Positions 8,786-18,474 of a stretch of 64,000 nucleotides of DNA are shown piece by piece (within the stretch, counting starts at the first letter, position 1; every line of letters starts with the position of its first letter). The stretch lies in the IMG/VR virus record IMGVR_UViG_3300009161_000021, one strand, 5' to 3'. A model generated the notes under the pieces. The model had not been told where the DNA came from and did no database searches. It saw nothing but the letters and a program-made list of their open reading frames with translations. This DNA comes from a virus. Lineage: Duplodnaviria > Caudoviricetes. A program made the translations under genes and the position numbers.

Positions 8786-8814
8786 ATTATAAGTCGGTCA
8801 GGAAGTTATTGCAC
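8786..8814 (-). promoter_or_regulatory. Host sigma70-type (early) promoter
   Basis: GTGCAA-N17-TATAAT just upstream of the ATG at 8779. Confidence 0.7.
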
Positions 8815-8828
8815 GAATTCGTGCGCGT

Positions 8829-9248
8829 TTAGCGTCGGAATCCGGGGCCGACGCCGCCCATGGTCACGCCACGTGAACGAAGAACAGAGCGGATCTCCTT
8901 GCGGACAGCCTCACGAACAGACTGCTCCTCCTGCTTCTCATCGTCCATAGCCCTCTTCGCCTTGCGGAGCTCGGTGCGGATCATCTCGCGAACAGCACCT
9001 TCCTCATCGTCCTCGCCCTTCTTGCGACGAGCTTCCATGGGCTCCTCTTCCATCTCGTCCATGGCGTCTTCAGGCTCATCGCCCTCGTGAAGATCGTGAT
9101 CGGCAGTGCTGACGTCGCCGTCGAGCCAGGGATCACCCTCTTCCTTGCCACCGCCGAACTGATCAGCCTTCGCGTCCTTGATACCCTTGTGCGAACCCTC
9201 GACCATGAGACCCGAGAGCTTTGCCATTCTGTTCTTATCGAAAATCAT
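8829..9248 (-). CDS. Acidic hypothetical protein, probably virion-associated
   Basis: Start MIFDKNRMAKLSGL (GGAGG SD); duplicated VRE(M/A)(I/V)RxE(L/I)R helices at the C-terminus. Confidence 0.65.
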   Translation of the reverse strand: MIFDKNRMAKLSGLMVEGSHKGIKDAKADQFGGGKEEGDPWLDGDVSTADHDLHEGDEPEDAMDEMEEEPMEARRKKGEDDEEGAVREMIRTELRKAKRAMDDEKQEEQSVREAVRKEIRSVLRSRGVTMGGVGPGFRR

Positions 9249-9351
9249 TTTAGTTGCCTCCGCATGTAAATATTCCTGACTCTGCAAATCATCCTGAACA
9301 AAGAGGTTCAAGGACTCACCTGCTACAAACTAACTATTATGCAGGCAACCA

Positions 9352-9705
9352 TTATTCATTAGATCCGACATTTTCTCTAACAGCTTGCGTGATCTTTTTG
9401 CCCTTCTCGACCGCCTGACGAAGCGGCTCAAGCCCAAGAACGCTACGAACCTTGTCATATTCCTGCTCATTTAACCCCGTCTTCAAAAGACCGAGATCAA
9501 CAAACTGCTTCAGGTCCATGTCGATGACGGGAACATCTTCGCCCTCGGATCCAGGCTCAAACTCACCCGTCTGATGAGCGACGAAGATGAAGAGCATCTT
9601 CGGGTCCTCCTGATCGGGAGGTACGTGAATGAAAGGAAGCTGTCCCTCGCCCTCTTCATATACAATCTCTGGGATCCAATTCTTAGGTTGCTTTTTCTTG
9701 CTCAT
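9352..9705 (-). CDS. Hypothetical protein
   Basis: 117-aa ORF. Confidence 0.7.
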   Translation of the reverse strand: MSKKKQPKNWIPEIVYEEGEGQLPFIHVPPDQEDPKMLFIFVAHQTGEFEPGSEGEDVPVIDMDLKQFVDLGLLKTGLNEQEYDKVRSVLGLEPLRQAVEKGKKITQAVRENVGSNE

Positions 9706-9735
9706 GGGAAATTTATAAATCGTCTATCGTAGTAG

Positions 9736-10905
9736 TTAAACGTTCGAAGGAACTTGCAGCTGCCTTTCTCCAGTCTCTAGCTGCTGCTCAAAGCTTGTGA
9801 GATAAGAGAGGTACTGCTGTCCAACAGGGAAAGTGGAAAGTTGGGACTTCATCTCTTCGCTAAGGGGCAAAAACATAGTTTGCTTCGCCGACTGTATCAT
9901 TTCTTCGAAAGAGTTGGAAAGCTCCTGCTGAATGCTCGACTTCGAGAGCCTAAAAGAGAGTTCGGTAACAGCTTTTAGATCATCCCTCTTGTCAATGTCG
10001 GGAAACTGTGATCTCGCTTTCGCAATGAAGGCGGCGAAATCCTCAGGCTTTTCGCTCATCATCTTTTTCGCTTCCTGCTCAATCTTCGATTTGGCAGTAA
10101 CGATCTCATTCGTGGACATCTTTATTCCTTGAGCCTGGGCACCCGTTGCGGCAGCCTCGAACTCCTCCACGGATTTCGCGTCCACGATCTTCTTGAAGAA
10201 AGCTATACGACCGAGGATCATATCCAATAGCTGCTGACCGCGAGCTTTCTCTCCCTCCACGAAGGATTGGGCGATCTTCTGCAGCTTTAATTTCTCCTGT
10301 TGGATTTCAGGATTCATGGCTTGCGTAGCTGGGACTACGGGTGCCTTCTGCTCCGAGATATTTGATTCCCTACCAAATTCAAAGAAACTCAACGCTCTTT
10401 CAAGACGATCTGAGGCTACGCTGGTGGTCTTTACGTTGGTTTTCTTTGAGGTAGGAACGTCGATGAGATTGTCAATTTCTCCGTCAAATCCCCGTCCCGG
10501 TTGATACGCCATCACGGGCAGAAGCATCGGGTTCCCAATGCCCACAAGGAGCGCTGGTCCGATCTTCATCTTCTGGATTGTTCGGCCATCCTTCGTCTGA
10601 GACTTTTCGTAAAAAGCGTCTCGAAAATAGCGTAAGTTCTCGTCGGACTCTTTCGCAAATTCCTCTCTAGCGTCCGCGAATTTCTTGAAGGCGTCCTTCA
10701 TCTTCTCGCGATCGCCGTCCATCGCTGCGACAGCCATTCTCGCGTTGAACATGAGGTTGTTACCGAGAAGCTTCGTTGACGACCAGATCGATTTGAAAAT
10801 GTTCCCAAAGCTGCTGACCAGCTTCTCTCGCATCTCCGGACTCGCGCGCATCGACGCGGGAACAGAGCCTATTCTCTCGGCGAGAATCCTACGAGAGTGA
10901 GGCAT
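9736..10905 (-). CDS. Hypothetical helical protein
   Basis: 389-aa ORF. Confidence 0.75.
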   Translation of the reverse strand: MPHSRRILAERIGSVPASMRASPEMREKLVSSFGNIFKSIWSSTKLLGNNLMFNARMAVAAMDGDREKMKDAFKKFADAREEFAKESDENLRYFRDAFYEKSQTKDGRTIQKMKIGPALLVGIGNPMLLPVMAYQPGRGFDGEIDNLIDVPTSKKTNVKTTSVASDRLERALSFFEFGRESNISEQKAPVVPATQAMNPEIQQEKLKLQKIAQSFVEGEKARGQQLLDMILGRIAFFKKIVDAKSVEEFEAAATGAQAQGIKMSTNEIVTAKSKIEQEAKKMMSEKPEDFAAFIAKARSQFPDIDKRDDLKAVTELSFRLSKSSIQQELSNSFEEMIQSAKQTMFLPLSEEMKSQLSTFPVGQQYLSYLTSFEQQLETGERQLQVPSNV

Positions 10906-10910
10906 CGGTA

Positions 10911-11411
10911 TTACGCTCCGCCAACCTTGATGGGAACGGGACCCGTCGAAGGGGCTGCTGCGGGTGCAGAGACAGAGGGACTCGGGGCTCGAGTCGCGTT
11001 CGCAGTGCTTGCTCCCAGCGACTTCTTGATCTGCAAAGAGTAAGGGTCAGCTGGATCAGCGGCATCAGCAGAGTCTACACCACTCGTCAGGATCTGGCCC
11101 AGACCCTGGAGGAAGGCCACTAGGGCCATCTTCTCGTCCTCATTGAATTGGCCGATGTACTCCTCGAGTTCTCTCTTCACGTCAGCGTCTTTGGTCGACC
11201 GACCCGCTCGAACGATGTTGAGTTTCTCTATAATATCATCAACCGTTATGGGCTGCTGGGCGCCGGGTTGTGAAGCATCGGGCGTGGGCCCGGCTGCAGA
11301 AGCAGGAGCTGCTGGATCTGCCGCGGGTGCGGGCGCGGGTGGTGTAGCCTGCTCCCTCAGACCACGTAAGAAGCTGATAAGCTCCCTTTCGCTTTTGATC
11401 GTTTTCATCAC
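10911..11411 (-). CDS. Pro/Ala-rich hypothetical protein
   Basis: 166 aa; low-complexity linkers around a helical core. Confidence 0.7.
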   Translation of the reverse strand: MMKTIKSERELISFLRGLREQATPPAPAPAADPAAPASAAGPTPDASQPGAQQPITVDDIIEKLNIVRAGRSTKDADVKRELEEYIGQFNEDEKMALVAFLQGLGQILTSGVDSADAADPADPYSLQIKKSLGASTANATRAPSPSVSAPAAAPSTGPVPIKVGGA

Positions 11412-11584
11412 TCACCGTCCTGGGTGTAGCGTATCCTGTTATGAGTCTTCTCACGATATCTCTCGTTGTACCTACGCGCTGGGCTGTCAGCGTGATTCTC
11501 TGCGTACTCCTTGATCTTCTCGCGGGCGTTGTCCTCGCGCTGAACGATGTCCTTCATAAACTTATCGAATTCAAATTCTTGCAT
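11408..11584 (-). CDS. Small hypothetical protein (58 aa, below the ORF-track cutoff)
   Basis: Manual translation MQEFEFDKFMKDIVQREDNAREK...QDGE*; GAGG SD; ATGA overlap with the next gene. Confidence 0.6.
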   Translation of the reverse strand: MQEFEFDKFMKDIVQREDNAREKIKEYAENHADSPARRYNERYREKTHNRIRYTQDGE

Positions 11585-11590
11585 GTTTGA

Positions 11591-11881
11591 TTACCTCAAC
11601 AATCTTAAATAGCATCGTCCTGACTCTACTTTCAAAACTTGGGACTTAAACTCTTTACCCGAAAGAGTCACGGGAAGATTCGACTTTTCGAGAAGAGCGT
11701 TTATCATTGAATCGATCTTTCCGAAGCAATCAACGCAGAGAGTTATGAGATGATCATCCGTGAGCTCGACAGAAATGAACTGAAGGTTCACGGCCCTTCC
11801 ATCGATCTTTACTGTGACTCCTTTCCTATTCTCACGCTCATCTTCCAGCTGAATCTCGCTTTCGAGACCCTCTGACATCAT
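11591..11881 (-). CDS. Hypothetical protein
   Basis: Start reassigned to MMSEGLES. Confidence 0.5.
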   Translation of the reverse strand: MMSEGLESEIQLEDERENRKGVTVKIDGRAVNLQFISVELTDDHLITLCVDCFGKIDSMINALLEKSNLPVTLSGKEFKSQVLKVESGRCYLRLLR

Positions 11882-11897
11882 CACGTACGATTTCGAG

Positions 11898-12284
11898 TCA
11901 TCTATACCCGTAAGAGCAGACGTCGTTGTAGATGCCCTCTGCCTCATTCGCGTACTCCTTGTCGATCTCGGTTACGCACTCGACACCGTGAGTGAAAACT
12001 TCCACTGTCACAACCGGACCCTTACACTTGATCTCGGCGTGATGATCTCTCTGGTCTTCGTAGTTCATTAGCTCTTCGATAAAAGAGCGGGCCGATCTTC
12101 TGTCTCCAAATGTGTATGTCCGGCAGAGTCGCTCAGGTGACTGCTTCACGTGCCATTTGTTCTCAGACTTCGGAACAACGGGAAGAGCGCGAGTATCGAA
12201 AGAGAACTCACGTGGAAAGTACTGCGGGGGTACCTCATGCTCGAAGTACTCCCGCAGCAGGTTCGAGACCCGAGGGGTCCTCAT
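11898..12284 (-). CDS. Pterin-4a-carbinolamine dehydratase (PCD/PhhB)-like protein with N-terminal extension
   Basis: W...LCRTYTFGDRRSARSFIEEL...DHHAEI...VTVEVFTHGVECVTEIDKEYA matches the PCD HH(P/A)xI and TH...xT.xD pattern. Confidence 0.75.
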   Translation of the reverse strand: MRTPRVSNLLREYFEHEVPPQYFPREFSFDTRALPVVPKSENKWHVKQSPERLCRTYTFGDRRSARSFIEELMNYEDQRDHHAEIKCKGPVVTVEVFTHGVECVTEIDKEYANEAEGIYNDVCSYGYR

Positions 12285-12287
12285 GAT

Positions 12288-13823
12288 TTACTTCCTCGCA
12301 GCCTTACGAGCCGCCCTATCCGCTGCCTTGATCTGACCGACCATCGGCTCGTCCTTGCCCATGTAATCCGCAACGTGAAGTTCGGGGGGCTTGGAAACAG
12401 ACGCCGCCTTCTTCATCGTTGAGAATGCGGGTGAGGCATAGCTGCCGTACTCTTCCTTATCGGCATCATCTGCGGTCATCGCAGCAGCCGCGGTGAGAAG
12501 GCCTCTGTGACCATTCTCCTCCGAAGTTTCCAGGACATCGTTCACGAAGTCGGCGTATTCACCGCGCTGTGCCATCTGCTCGAGCTGATCCTCTTCGAAA
12601 GATTGCAGCTTCTTATTCTCTTCTCCAAACTCAGTCATGAACGCCTTACCGATCTGTCGACCTGGCTGTCCACGATGCGGCTTGAAGTTGAGCTCAGCGA
12701 TAGAAGCGAGTGCCTCGTAAGTTATGGCTCCAGCGAAATTCTGAAATAGAGCTGAGTGGTTGAGAGCGGCCTGATCCTTCATGATTGCCTTGTACTCATC
12801 GAGACCTTCCTCGTCGAAGAGCGTCTTCAGGAACTCCTGGTTCTCAGGAAGTTCGAAAGCGTCCTCGAAAGCCTCACGGATGGAGTTGTAGACGTAACGC
12901 TGAATCCTTCTAGGAGCGACGAACGCGTTGAGTCCCCGGACGCCGAGCACGTCGCGGATGAACGACTGACGGAGTCCGGATGCGGCTGCATACCCGTAAG
13001 GCTTTGCAGCGGTCTGGTACTCGAACTTGGGCGACGCCTTTTCGGCGGCGGCGGCGGCGTCACGAGTGACCTGGTCCTCGTAATCGTCCTTGAACCTGCT
13101 GATGAATGCGACGAGACCACGATCGTTCGGGTTCCGGAGACGAGCTCCGACCCTGTCAACGATCGCAGGATCATTCTGAAGAGCACCAAGAAGCTCGAAG
13201 AAATCCTCGATGTCGCTCGTCGAAATACGACCATCGCGAGTGGAGCGTATGATGTTGTCGAAGTGTATACGCCCAAGACCATATGCCTGAAGAACGCGCT
13301 CATACTTGAAGTACATCGCGTCGGGACCGGTGGCCTCCTGACGCTCGATCGCAGCAAGCTCAGCCTCTTCCTCGGGGGTGAGCTCTTCGTCATCGTCATC
13401 ATCGATCCCCTCAGATTCGCGAAGGCGTGCCTTCAGGCGGGCGTTCGCTCGACGAAGTGATTCGATCTGCATGTCCTTATTGTCGGACGCTTCGCTCTCT
13501 AGCTTCTCAATGACTCTCTGGAACTCTGAGTAAGCCTGGTCCACTTGATCATCGGGTACCATCTCTGCGAGAGCCTGAAGCGCGAAACCGAGCTCCTTTG
13601 AATTCGCTGGAATGTACTCAGGATCCTCAACGGGCGGACGCTCAACATCGAGCTGAGTCGACATCCTGTCGCTCGGAGAAAGCGGCAGCATTGAGGGTAA
13701 AGATGAGCTTTCGGGTCCAACCGTGAGACGTCTTGAAACGTCGCTATGCTTGCCGCCCGACTCGCTTAATGACTTTTTGATGATGCTCTGAAGCACAGAC
13801 TTTTTGATCTTGACATTTGACAT
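12288..13823 (-). CDS. Large acidic hypothetical protein, probably virion-associated
   Basis: Start reassigned to MSNVKIKKSVLQSIIKKSLSE, downstream of an ATATTTA motif. Confidence 0.75.
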   Translation of the reverse strand: MSNVKIKKSVLQSIIKKSLSESGGKHSDVSRRLTVGPESSSLPSMLPLSPSDRMSTQLDVERPPVEDPEYIPANSKELGFALQALAEMVPDDQVDQAYSEFQRVIEKLESEASDNKDMQIESLRRANARLKARLRESEGIDDDDDEELTPEEEAELAAIERQEATGPDAMYFKYERVLQAYGLGRIHFDNIIRSTRDGRISTSDIEDFFELLGALQNDPAIVDRVGARLRNPNDRGLVAFISRFKDDYEDQVTRDAAAAAEKASPKFEYQTAAKPYGYAAASGLRQSFIRDVLGVRGLNAFVAPRRIQRYVYNSIREAFEDAFELPENQEFLKTLFDEEGLDEYKAIMKDQAALNHSALFQNFAGAITYEALASIAELNFKPHRGQPGRQIGKAFMTEFGEENKKLQSFEEDQLEQMAQRGEYADFVNDVLETSEENGHRGLLTAAAAMTADDADKEEYGSYASPAFSTMKKAASVSKPPELHVADYMGKDEPMVGQIKAADRAARKAARK

Positions 13824-13878
13824 GCGTTGTTCTTCCGTGGAATCTACACTAAATATCATATAACGCGAATAGAAATCG

Positions 13879-13903
13879 AAAAGGCCGCATGATGCGGCCT
13901 TTT
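13879..13903. terminator. Rho-independent terminator, potentially bidirectional
   Basis: AAAAGGCCGCAT-G-ATGCGGCCTTTT perfect inverted repeat with U tracts in both orientations. Confidence 0.85.
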
Positions 13904-13929
13904 CTTTTTAAGAAGCTATCTAGATTAGA

Positions 13930-14196
13930 TTACTTCTTCTCGACAGCAGGAGCGGCGGGGGCCGTCTCCGCAGGCTTAGCCTCAGCAGCGTCGGCCGGGG
14001 CAGCGTCGGCAGGCTTGACCTCGGGAGCAACCTCGGGGGTCGCGGGGGCCGTCTCTGCTGCGACAGGCGTCGTCTCTGCTGCGGGAGCAGCCTCAACCTT
14101 CTCATCGTCCTTCATGGTCGCGAGGAAAGCGGTGAGTCCAGCGATGAGAGCTGCGATGAGAGCTGCGACGAGCTTGTTGTTCTTGATCATTTCCAT
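13930..14196 (-). CDS. Membrane-anchored or secreted Ala/Pro/Glu-rich small protein
   Basis: Hydrophobic LVAALIAALIAGLTAFLA followed by (A/P)AET/APA repeats. Confidence 0.7.
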   Translation of the reverse strand: MEMIKNNKLVAALIAALIAGLTAFLATMKDDEKVEAAPAAETTPVAAETAPATPEVAPEVKPADAAPADAAEAKPAETAPAAPAVEKK

Positions 14197-14209
14197 TTTT
14201 GTCTTCTCC

Positions 14210-14476
14210 TTAGTTGATTATATCATCATCGTTCGATTTTCTTCTTAGAGGAGCAGGTCCTGCTTTACCCTTGTTTAGCATGGAGATTTCCATGAGAGCA
14301 ACATGGGACGCGACCCTTCTAATGTCATTAGCCATCTGTTCGTCGAACGTAGCTAAAATATTAAACATCTCGATCAATTTTTCAATTTTTTTATCACTTT
14401 CGTCGAGTCGAGCTCGAAGAGACTCAATCTCCTTTCGATCATCTGGGAAACCCAGAATTGAACGTAGAAATTTCAC
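14210..14476 (-). CDS. Hypothetical coiled-coil protein
   Basis: 88-aa ORF. Confidence 0.6.
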   Translation of the reverse strand: MKFLRSILGFPDDRKEIESLRARLDESDKKIEKLIEMFNILATFDEQMANDIRRVASHVALMEISMLNKGKAGPAPLRRKSNDDDIIN

Positions 14477-14796
14477 GGCTCGCGACCCGTCTGGTTGGCG
14501 ATGAAATCGTAAATGTCATTCGAATCTTTCTCTGTCAGCTTCTTGATCCGATTCTCTTTCTTACGCTTCGCTAAATCGTCCATCTTTTTTTGGATACTCA
14601 TGTCGCCGTCAACTATCAATTGGCAAAATTCTACGAACATCTCTTGCAGAGAGAGTTTTTTTCTCAATCCAAAAACGCGCATCTCAGCGTGGAGCTCGGC
14701 GGGAAGTTTGATATGAACGCACTTCCGCGGATCGATGATAAAATCGATCTGCTTACGCAGCTCCTCCGCCGCCTCCTGCTCCTGCTCCGACTGCAT
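14473..14796 (-). CDS. Ribbon-helix-helix-like DNA-binding protein
   Basis: KCVHIKLPAELHAEMRVFGLRKKLSLQEMFVEF. Confidence 0.55.
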   Translation of the reverse strand: MQSEQEQEAAEELRKQIDFIIDPRKCVHIKLPAELHAEMRVFGLRKKLSLQEMFVEFCQLIVDGDMSIQKKMDDLAKRKKENRIKKLTEKDSNDIYDFIANQTGREP

Positions 14797-15532
14797 ATGA
14801 ATCCGGTGGTGCCTCTGGACGTTCCAATGATATGTTGTAATCCTTTCGAAGTAAATCCTTCAGCTGCTTCTTGAGACTGTCGGTCTCATTGGGAAAATCG
14901 TTGTCGAGATATTCCTCCGCCTGAGTGATCACATTCTTCTTAACATCGACAAGGGACGTGTAGTTCTTAATCAGCTTCGCAATTTCGCCGGCATACACCT
15001 CCATATCGATCTTGGGCTTCTTGTCTTCCTGCTCGATGAGGAATCGAAGAGACTTCCTACGAAGACTTTCATTCGCGGCAGACTCTGAGTCTTCTTCGGC
15101 GGATGAGGTCGCTTTCATAAGTGCCTTGTTAACCTGCGATTTGACGGGCTCCTTAACGGGATCAGGCGCTTTCGCTTTCTTTTTTGCAGTCGCTCCGGCT
15201 GCAGCGGCTCCCGGAGCGGGTGCTGGGGTCCCTGGAATTGCGGGGGCAGCTCCGGGGGCAGCTGCGGGAGCGGGAGCGGGGACTGCTGGCGTGGCAGGCG
15301 CAGCGGGAGCTGCAGGCACTGCAGGAGCTCCGGGAGCCGCTGCAGCCGGGTCAACTGCGGGGGCAGTGCCTGCAGCAGCCGGATCGGTCGCTGGAGCTGT
15401 GGCAGCTGGATCTGCTGCGGGAGCAGTTGCGGCCGGATCAGCAGGAGGCGCCTGCTCGTAAAGATTTGACAACTTTGTGTTATACATTTCCTGAATAACA
15501 AGTCGTCTTAGCACCGAACGGCTTGTGGTCAT
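14753..15532 (-). CDS. Pro/Ala-rich hypothetical protein
   Basis: Repeats of APAADPAA(T/A); N-terminal RSVLRRLVIQE tag. Confidence 0.7.
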   Translation of the reverse strand: MTTSRSVLRRLVIQEMYNTKLSNLYEQAPPADPAATAPAADPAATAPATDPAAAGTAPAVDPAAAAPGAPAVPAAPAAPATPAVPAPAPAAAPGAAPAIPGTPAPAPGAAAAGATAKKKAKAPDPVKEPVKSQVNKALMKATSSAEEDSESAANESLRRKSLRFLIEQEDKKPKIDMEVYAGEIAKLIKNYTSLVDVKKNVITQAEEYLDNDFPNETDSLKKQLKDLLRKDYNISLERPEAPPDSYAVGAGAGGGGGAA

Positions 15533-16254
15533 TTTGCAGCCTCCATCATTCTCTCGACCTTCCTGATTCGATCTTCAATGATTGACCACTTGAGCTCTTT
15601 CATCATCGAGAAGATGTACGATTTTCTATCCTTCAGGTAATCTCGATAATAAGAGTGTTCCCAGCAATCGAGAACAATCACTGGGTAGCTCGAAAATGGA
15701 ACTCCCGAGTTATGAAGATCCACCACAACGTTGACGTAGCGCTTGAGGAACATGTTGTACGCCATAACGACCCAACCGTTCCTTGAGCTCATCGCGCAGG
15801 CGATAAAGTCTCTTTGCCACGCGTCGAAGCTGCCCCAGTCACGTTCGATGCGCATGTAGGCGAGCGAGTCCATCGCCAGGGTCGATCTCACATCAGAGAT
15901 GTTCTCAAAGAACATTCCATGGAGAAATGCTGCATTTAGATTGTGTGTCTCGTCCATCTTCATGTTTCTGAAGGTGGAGTTGTTTGGGTTCGCGTTCTCA
16001 CGATCCGCAGAGTCTAGACCCGCAGATATCTCATTGAGGGATTTTATGTACCCGTCCATGAGCTCCTGGTGCGCAGCCTTGTTTTCCTCGCTAAGCTTCT
16101 CAGTCCTCAGGTCGAATTTGGTTGTCGACACGACGTAAGCTTCGTTCAAAGGCTTCGGGCTTTGCTCCTGCTTCTTCGGAAGAGTCAGAGATTCGCGAAT
16201 CACGTCAACGATCTCTTTCTCAGATAGACCTGCGATCTTTAATGGGTCTTTCAT
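15529..16254 (-). CDS. sod: Fe/Mn superoxide dismutase-like protein with N-terminal extension
   Basis: AHQEL, FLHGMFF and VLDCWEHSYY provide four candidate metal ligands; WGSFDAWQRDF...GWV. Confidence 0.85.
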   Translation of the reverse strand: MKDPLKIAGLSEKEIVDVIRESLTLPKKQEQSPKPLNEAYVVSTTKFDLRTEKLSEENKAAHQELMDGYIKSLNEISAGLDSADRENANPNNSTFRNMKMDETHNLNAAFLHGMFFENISDVRSTLAMDSLAYMRIERDWGSFDAWQRDFIACAMSSRNGWVVMAYNMFLKRYVNVVVDLHNSGVPFSSYPVIVLDCWEHSYYRDYLKDRKSYIFSMMKELKWSIIEDRIRKVERMMEAAK

Positions 16255-16263
16255 TTTATGTCC

Positions 16264-16593
16264 TTAAACCTTGAATTTCTTTTCGAAATCTTCGATGCTG
16301 TAAGAGTGTGAGTTCTGTCCAGGTGAAACTAATGTTTGAGCGCCATTTGAAGTTATCGGACCAGTGATGTTCTCGGGTGATATCAGATTGACCGTGATAT
16401 CGCTTCCATTCTTCTGCACGCTCTGGACGGTGAATTTTTCGCCTGTCTTAACATCAGTAACCTCAAGACCCGCATCGATCCGGACCTTTCCACCTGACCC
16501 GATGACTTCCATCTCAAGAAGCGTCGTGTAAATGCGTTGCTCGTAGCTCTCTCTCATCAGACGAATGATCTTTTTATCAGAGGACGTTCTCAT
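16264..16593 (-). CDS. Hypothetical protein
   Basis: Start reassigned to MRTSSDKK (AAGGA SD, ATGA overlap). Confidence 0.65.
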   Translation of the reverse strand: MRTSSDKKIIRLMRESYEQRIYTTLLEMEVIGSGGKVRIDAGLEVTDVKTGEKFTVQSVQKNGSDITVNLISPENITGPITSNGAQTLVSPGQNSHSYSIEDFEKKFKV

Positions 16594-18023
16594 TTTCCTT
16601 CCTTGATTCCTGCAAGCTCGCACCATCTGTCGATCGTGCCTTCGGTAAATACTACGTTCGGGGCAACGAATCTGTTAAGTTCCTGTCTCATCGAGTCCCT
16701 GTCTATCAGCCCTAGAACGGTGCTCAGATTTGCAGCGCGTTCAGTTGGCGTAGCCCCCTTGACGATCGAGGGAGTATTTATGAAGTTGTTGAAAGAATGG
16801 GATCGAGAGGCACCACGAACTGCACCAGCGCTGCCGCCAGAACCACCGGCGCTGCCTGTGCCTCGTCCACCTCCAGCTGATGCACCGCCGCCCGCAACTG
16901 ATCCATCTTCGCGACCGCCCTCTGGTCGAGTCAAACCCAGCATCCCCGAGATTGACGCAAGCCCTCCGAACACGAGAGTGTCAGCGATATCGTAAGAGAC
17001 CATGTCTCCTGTCGAGTTCGTAGTTTTTTCAACGAGAGCTTCGAAGTATTTCCTAAAAGCATCGAGTGTGATTCCCTCGATATCGGATGTTAGTTCGATC
17101 GGAGTTAACGTGGTAGGTTGTATCGCCTGCTTCTTTCTTATCGCCCTGTATATGCTGACGATGGTTCCCTCAACTGGTTGAGGAACTCGCAAGTTATCCT
17201 TCACGACTTTTCCAAGGTCGAAGGTCTTGTTTCCTCGTGAAGGATCCGTTGCAAGGAAGTCAATAGTCTTGTCAAGAACACCACGATCGGCGGGCTTAAC
17301 GACGCGGAGGAACAGGGTCTTAAACCCGTCCGGTACGGGCGTGGGCTCTCCATCAGAACCTCGACCGACGAGGTACATCTTACCGAGTGAGAGGTTCGAG
17401 ATTGCGAAGCTTCCGACGCCAGGGATATTCCAGGTGGCAGTTCTACCCGCACCGGCGCTTTCCGGACCGATCAGCATATAGTTGTTTCCCTGCTCGTATA
17501 TCTCATACGAGCCCAGCTCTTTAACCTTCGAGATGGGAACTCTTTGTGGCGTTGAGAGTCTCGCAGCCCCAGGGCCCGCGTCCACCACATTGTAAACCAC
17601 AGCTTCCTCTTCGAAGAATTTTAGGTTATTCTTCTTGAAGTCAGTTATGAACATCATCCTGACAGCATCCATCGCGTTGAGGATCGAGAACTTCAGAACC
17701 TCGGCGGTCGTGATAGCGTTGAGCAGATCCCTCTGCGGGTCAGCGAGACCCATGGCGCTGAGAATCGGATTCGGCTTCGCCGAGATGGAATCGTTGACGG
17801 ATTTAATGACGTCTCTGATTGCCTTCGCAGTATTCGGCATCTCGTTTGAACCTGCAGTTATTAGATCCTCGAGCTCAGAAAGAGGTTCGATCGTCCTAAG
17901 TGCAGTGTCGAACATGGACCTGTCGACAGCCTCGTCGAGCAGAAAGCTCATGCTCATCTCGTTCAGAGAGTAAATGTCGTGATCACTCATGGAGTTTTTC
18001 ATTTTCTTCTCAGCGGTCCTCAT
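16590..18023 (-). CDS. Hypothetical protein with Gly-rich linker
   Basis: 477 aa; C-terminal RWCELAGI. Confidence 0.75.
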   Translation of the reverse strand: MRTAEKKMKNSMSDHDIYSLNEMSMSFLLDEAVDRSMFDTALRTIEPLSELEDLITAGSNEMPNTAKAIRDVIKSVNDSISAKPNPILSAMGLADPQRDLLNAITTAEVLKFSILNAMDAVRMMFITDFKKNNLKFFEEEAVVYNVVDAGPGAARLSTPQRVPISKVKELGSYEIYEQGNNYMLIGPESAGAGRTATWNIPGVGSFAISNLSLGKMYLVGRGSDGEPTPVPDGFKTLFLRVVKPADRGVLDKTIDFLATDPSRGNKTFDLGKVVKDNLRVPQPVEGTIVSIYRAIRKKQAIQPTTLTPIELTSDIEGITLDAFRKYFEALVEKTTNSTGDMVSYDIADTLVFGGLASISGMLGLTRPEGGREDGSVAGGGASAGGGRGTGSAGGSGGSAGAVRGASRSHSFNNFINTPSIVKGATPTERAANLSTVLGLIDRDSMRQELNRFVAPNVVFTEGTIDRWCELAGIKEGK

Positions 18024-18048
18024 CCCGAGAGTATACCTCTACTAGGGA

Positions 18049-18474
18049 CTAAGTATCTTCCACTTCGCATAACTGACGAACCTTGATGCCAGCATTTGTA
18101 AGAAGAGTGATTCCAGACTCGTCTCGATACCTGTCGATGTAGATGACCTCGTCTATCTTCGCGTTTATGATCGCTTTCGCGCACATGCGACAAGGGTTGA
18201 GGCTCACATACATCTTCTTCCGTTTCGGGCTGTTGAAGTCAAGCTTGATAAGAGCGTTCACTTCAGCGTGAATGAATCCAGAATCTCCAGGATTGTCGGA
18301 CTCCCGACAATTCGGTCCTCCGGCATGATCGCCATTGTACCCGAGTGATAGGAGCTGCGTGTTGTCATCAGCTACAATTATCGCCGCAACTTTGAATGAG
18401 GGATCTGAGGATCTCTTGGAGATCGTAAAAACGACATCGGACCAGATCCGATCCCAGGAGGGTCGTGAGCTCAA
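18049..18474 (-). CDS. dCMP deaminase (ComEB family)
   Basis: LSLGYNG, HAEVNAL, SLNPCRMCAKAIINAKIDEVIY. Confidence 0.93.
   Translation of the reverse strand: MSSRPSWDRIWSDVVFTISKRSSDPSFKVAAIIVADDNTQLLSLGYNGDHAGGPNCRESDNPGDSGFIHAEVNALIKLDFNSPKRKKMYVSLNPCRMCAKAIINAKIDEVIYIDRYRDESGITLLTNAGIKVRQLCEVEDT

Noticed and set aside
13930-15532. Tandem DNA repeats in the Ala/Pro-rich stretches
   Set aside because: Explained by low-complexity protein linkers with synonymous variation, not exact DNA repeat arrays
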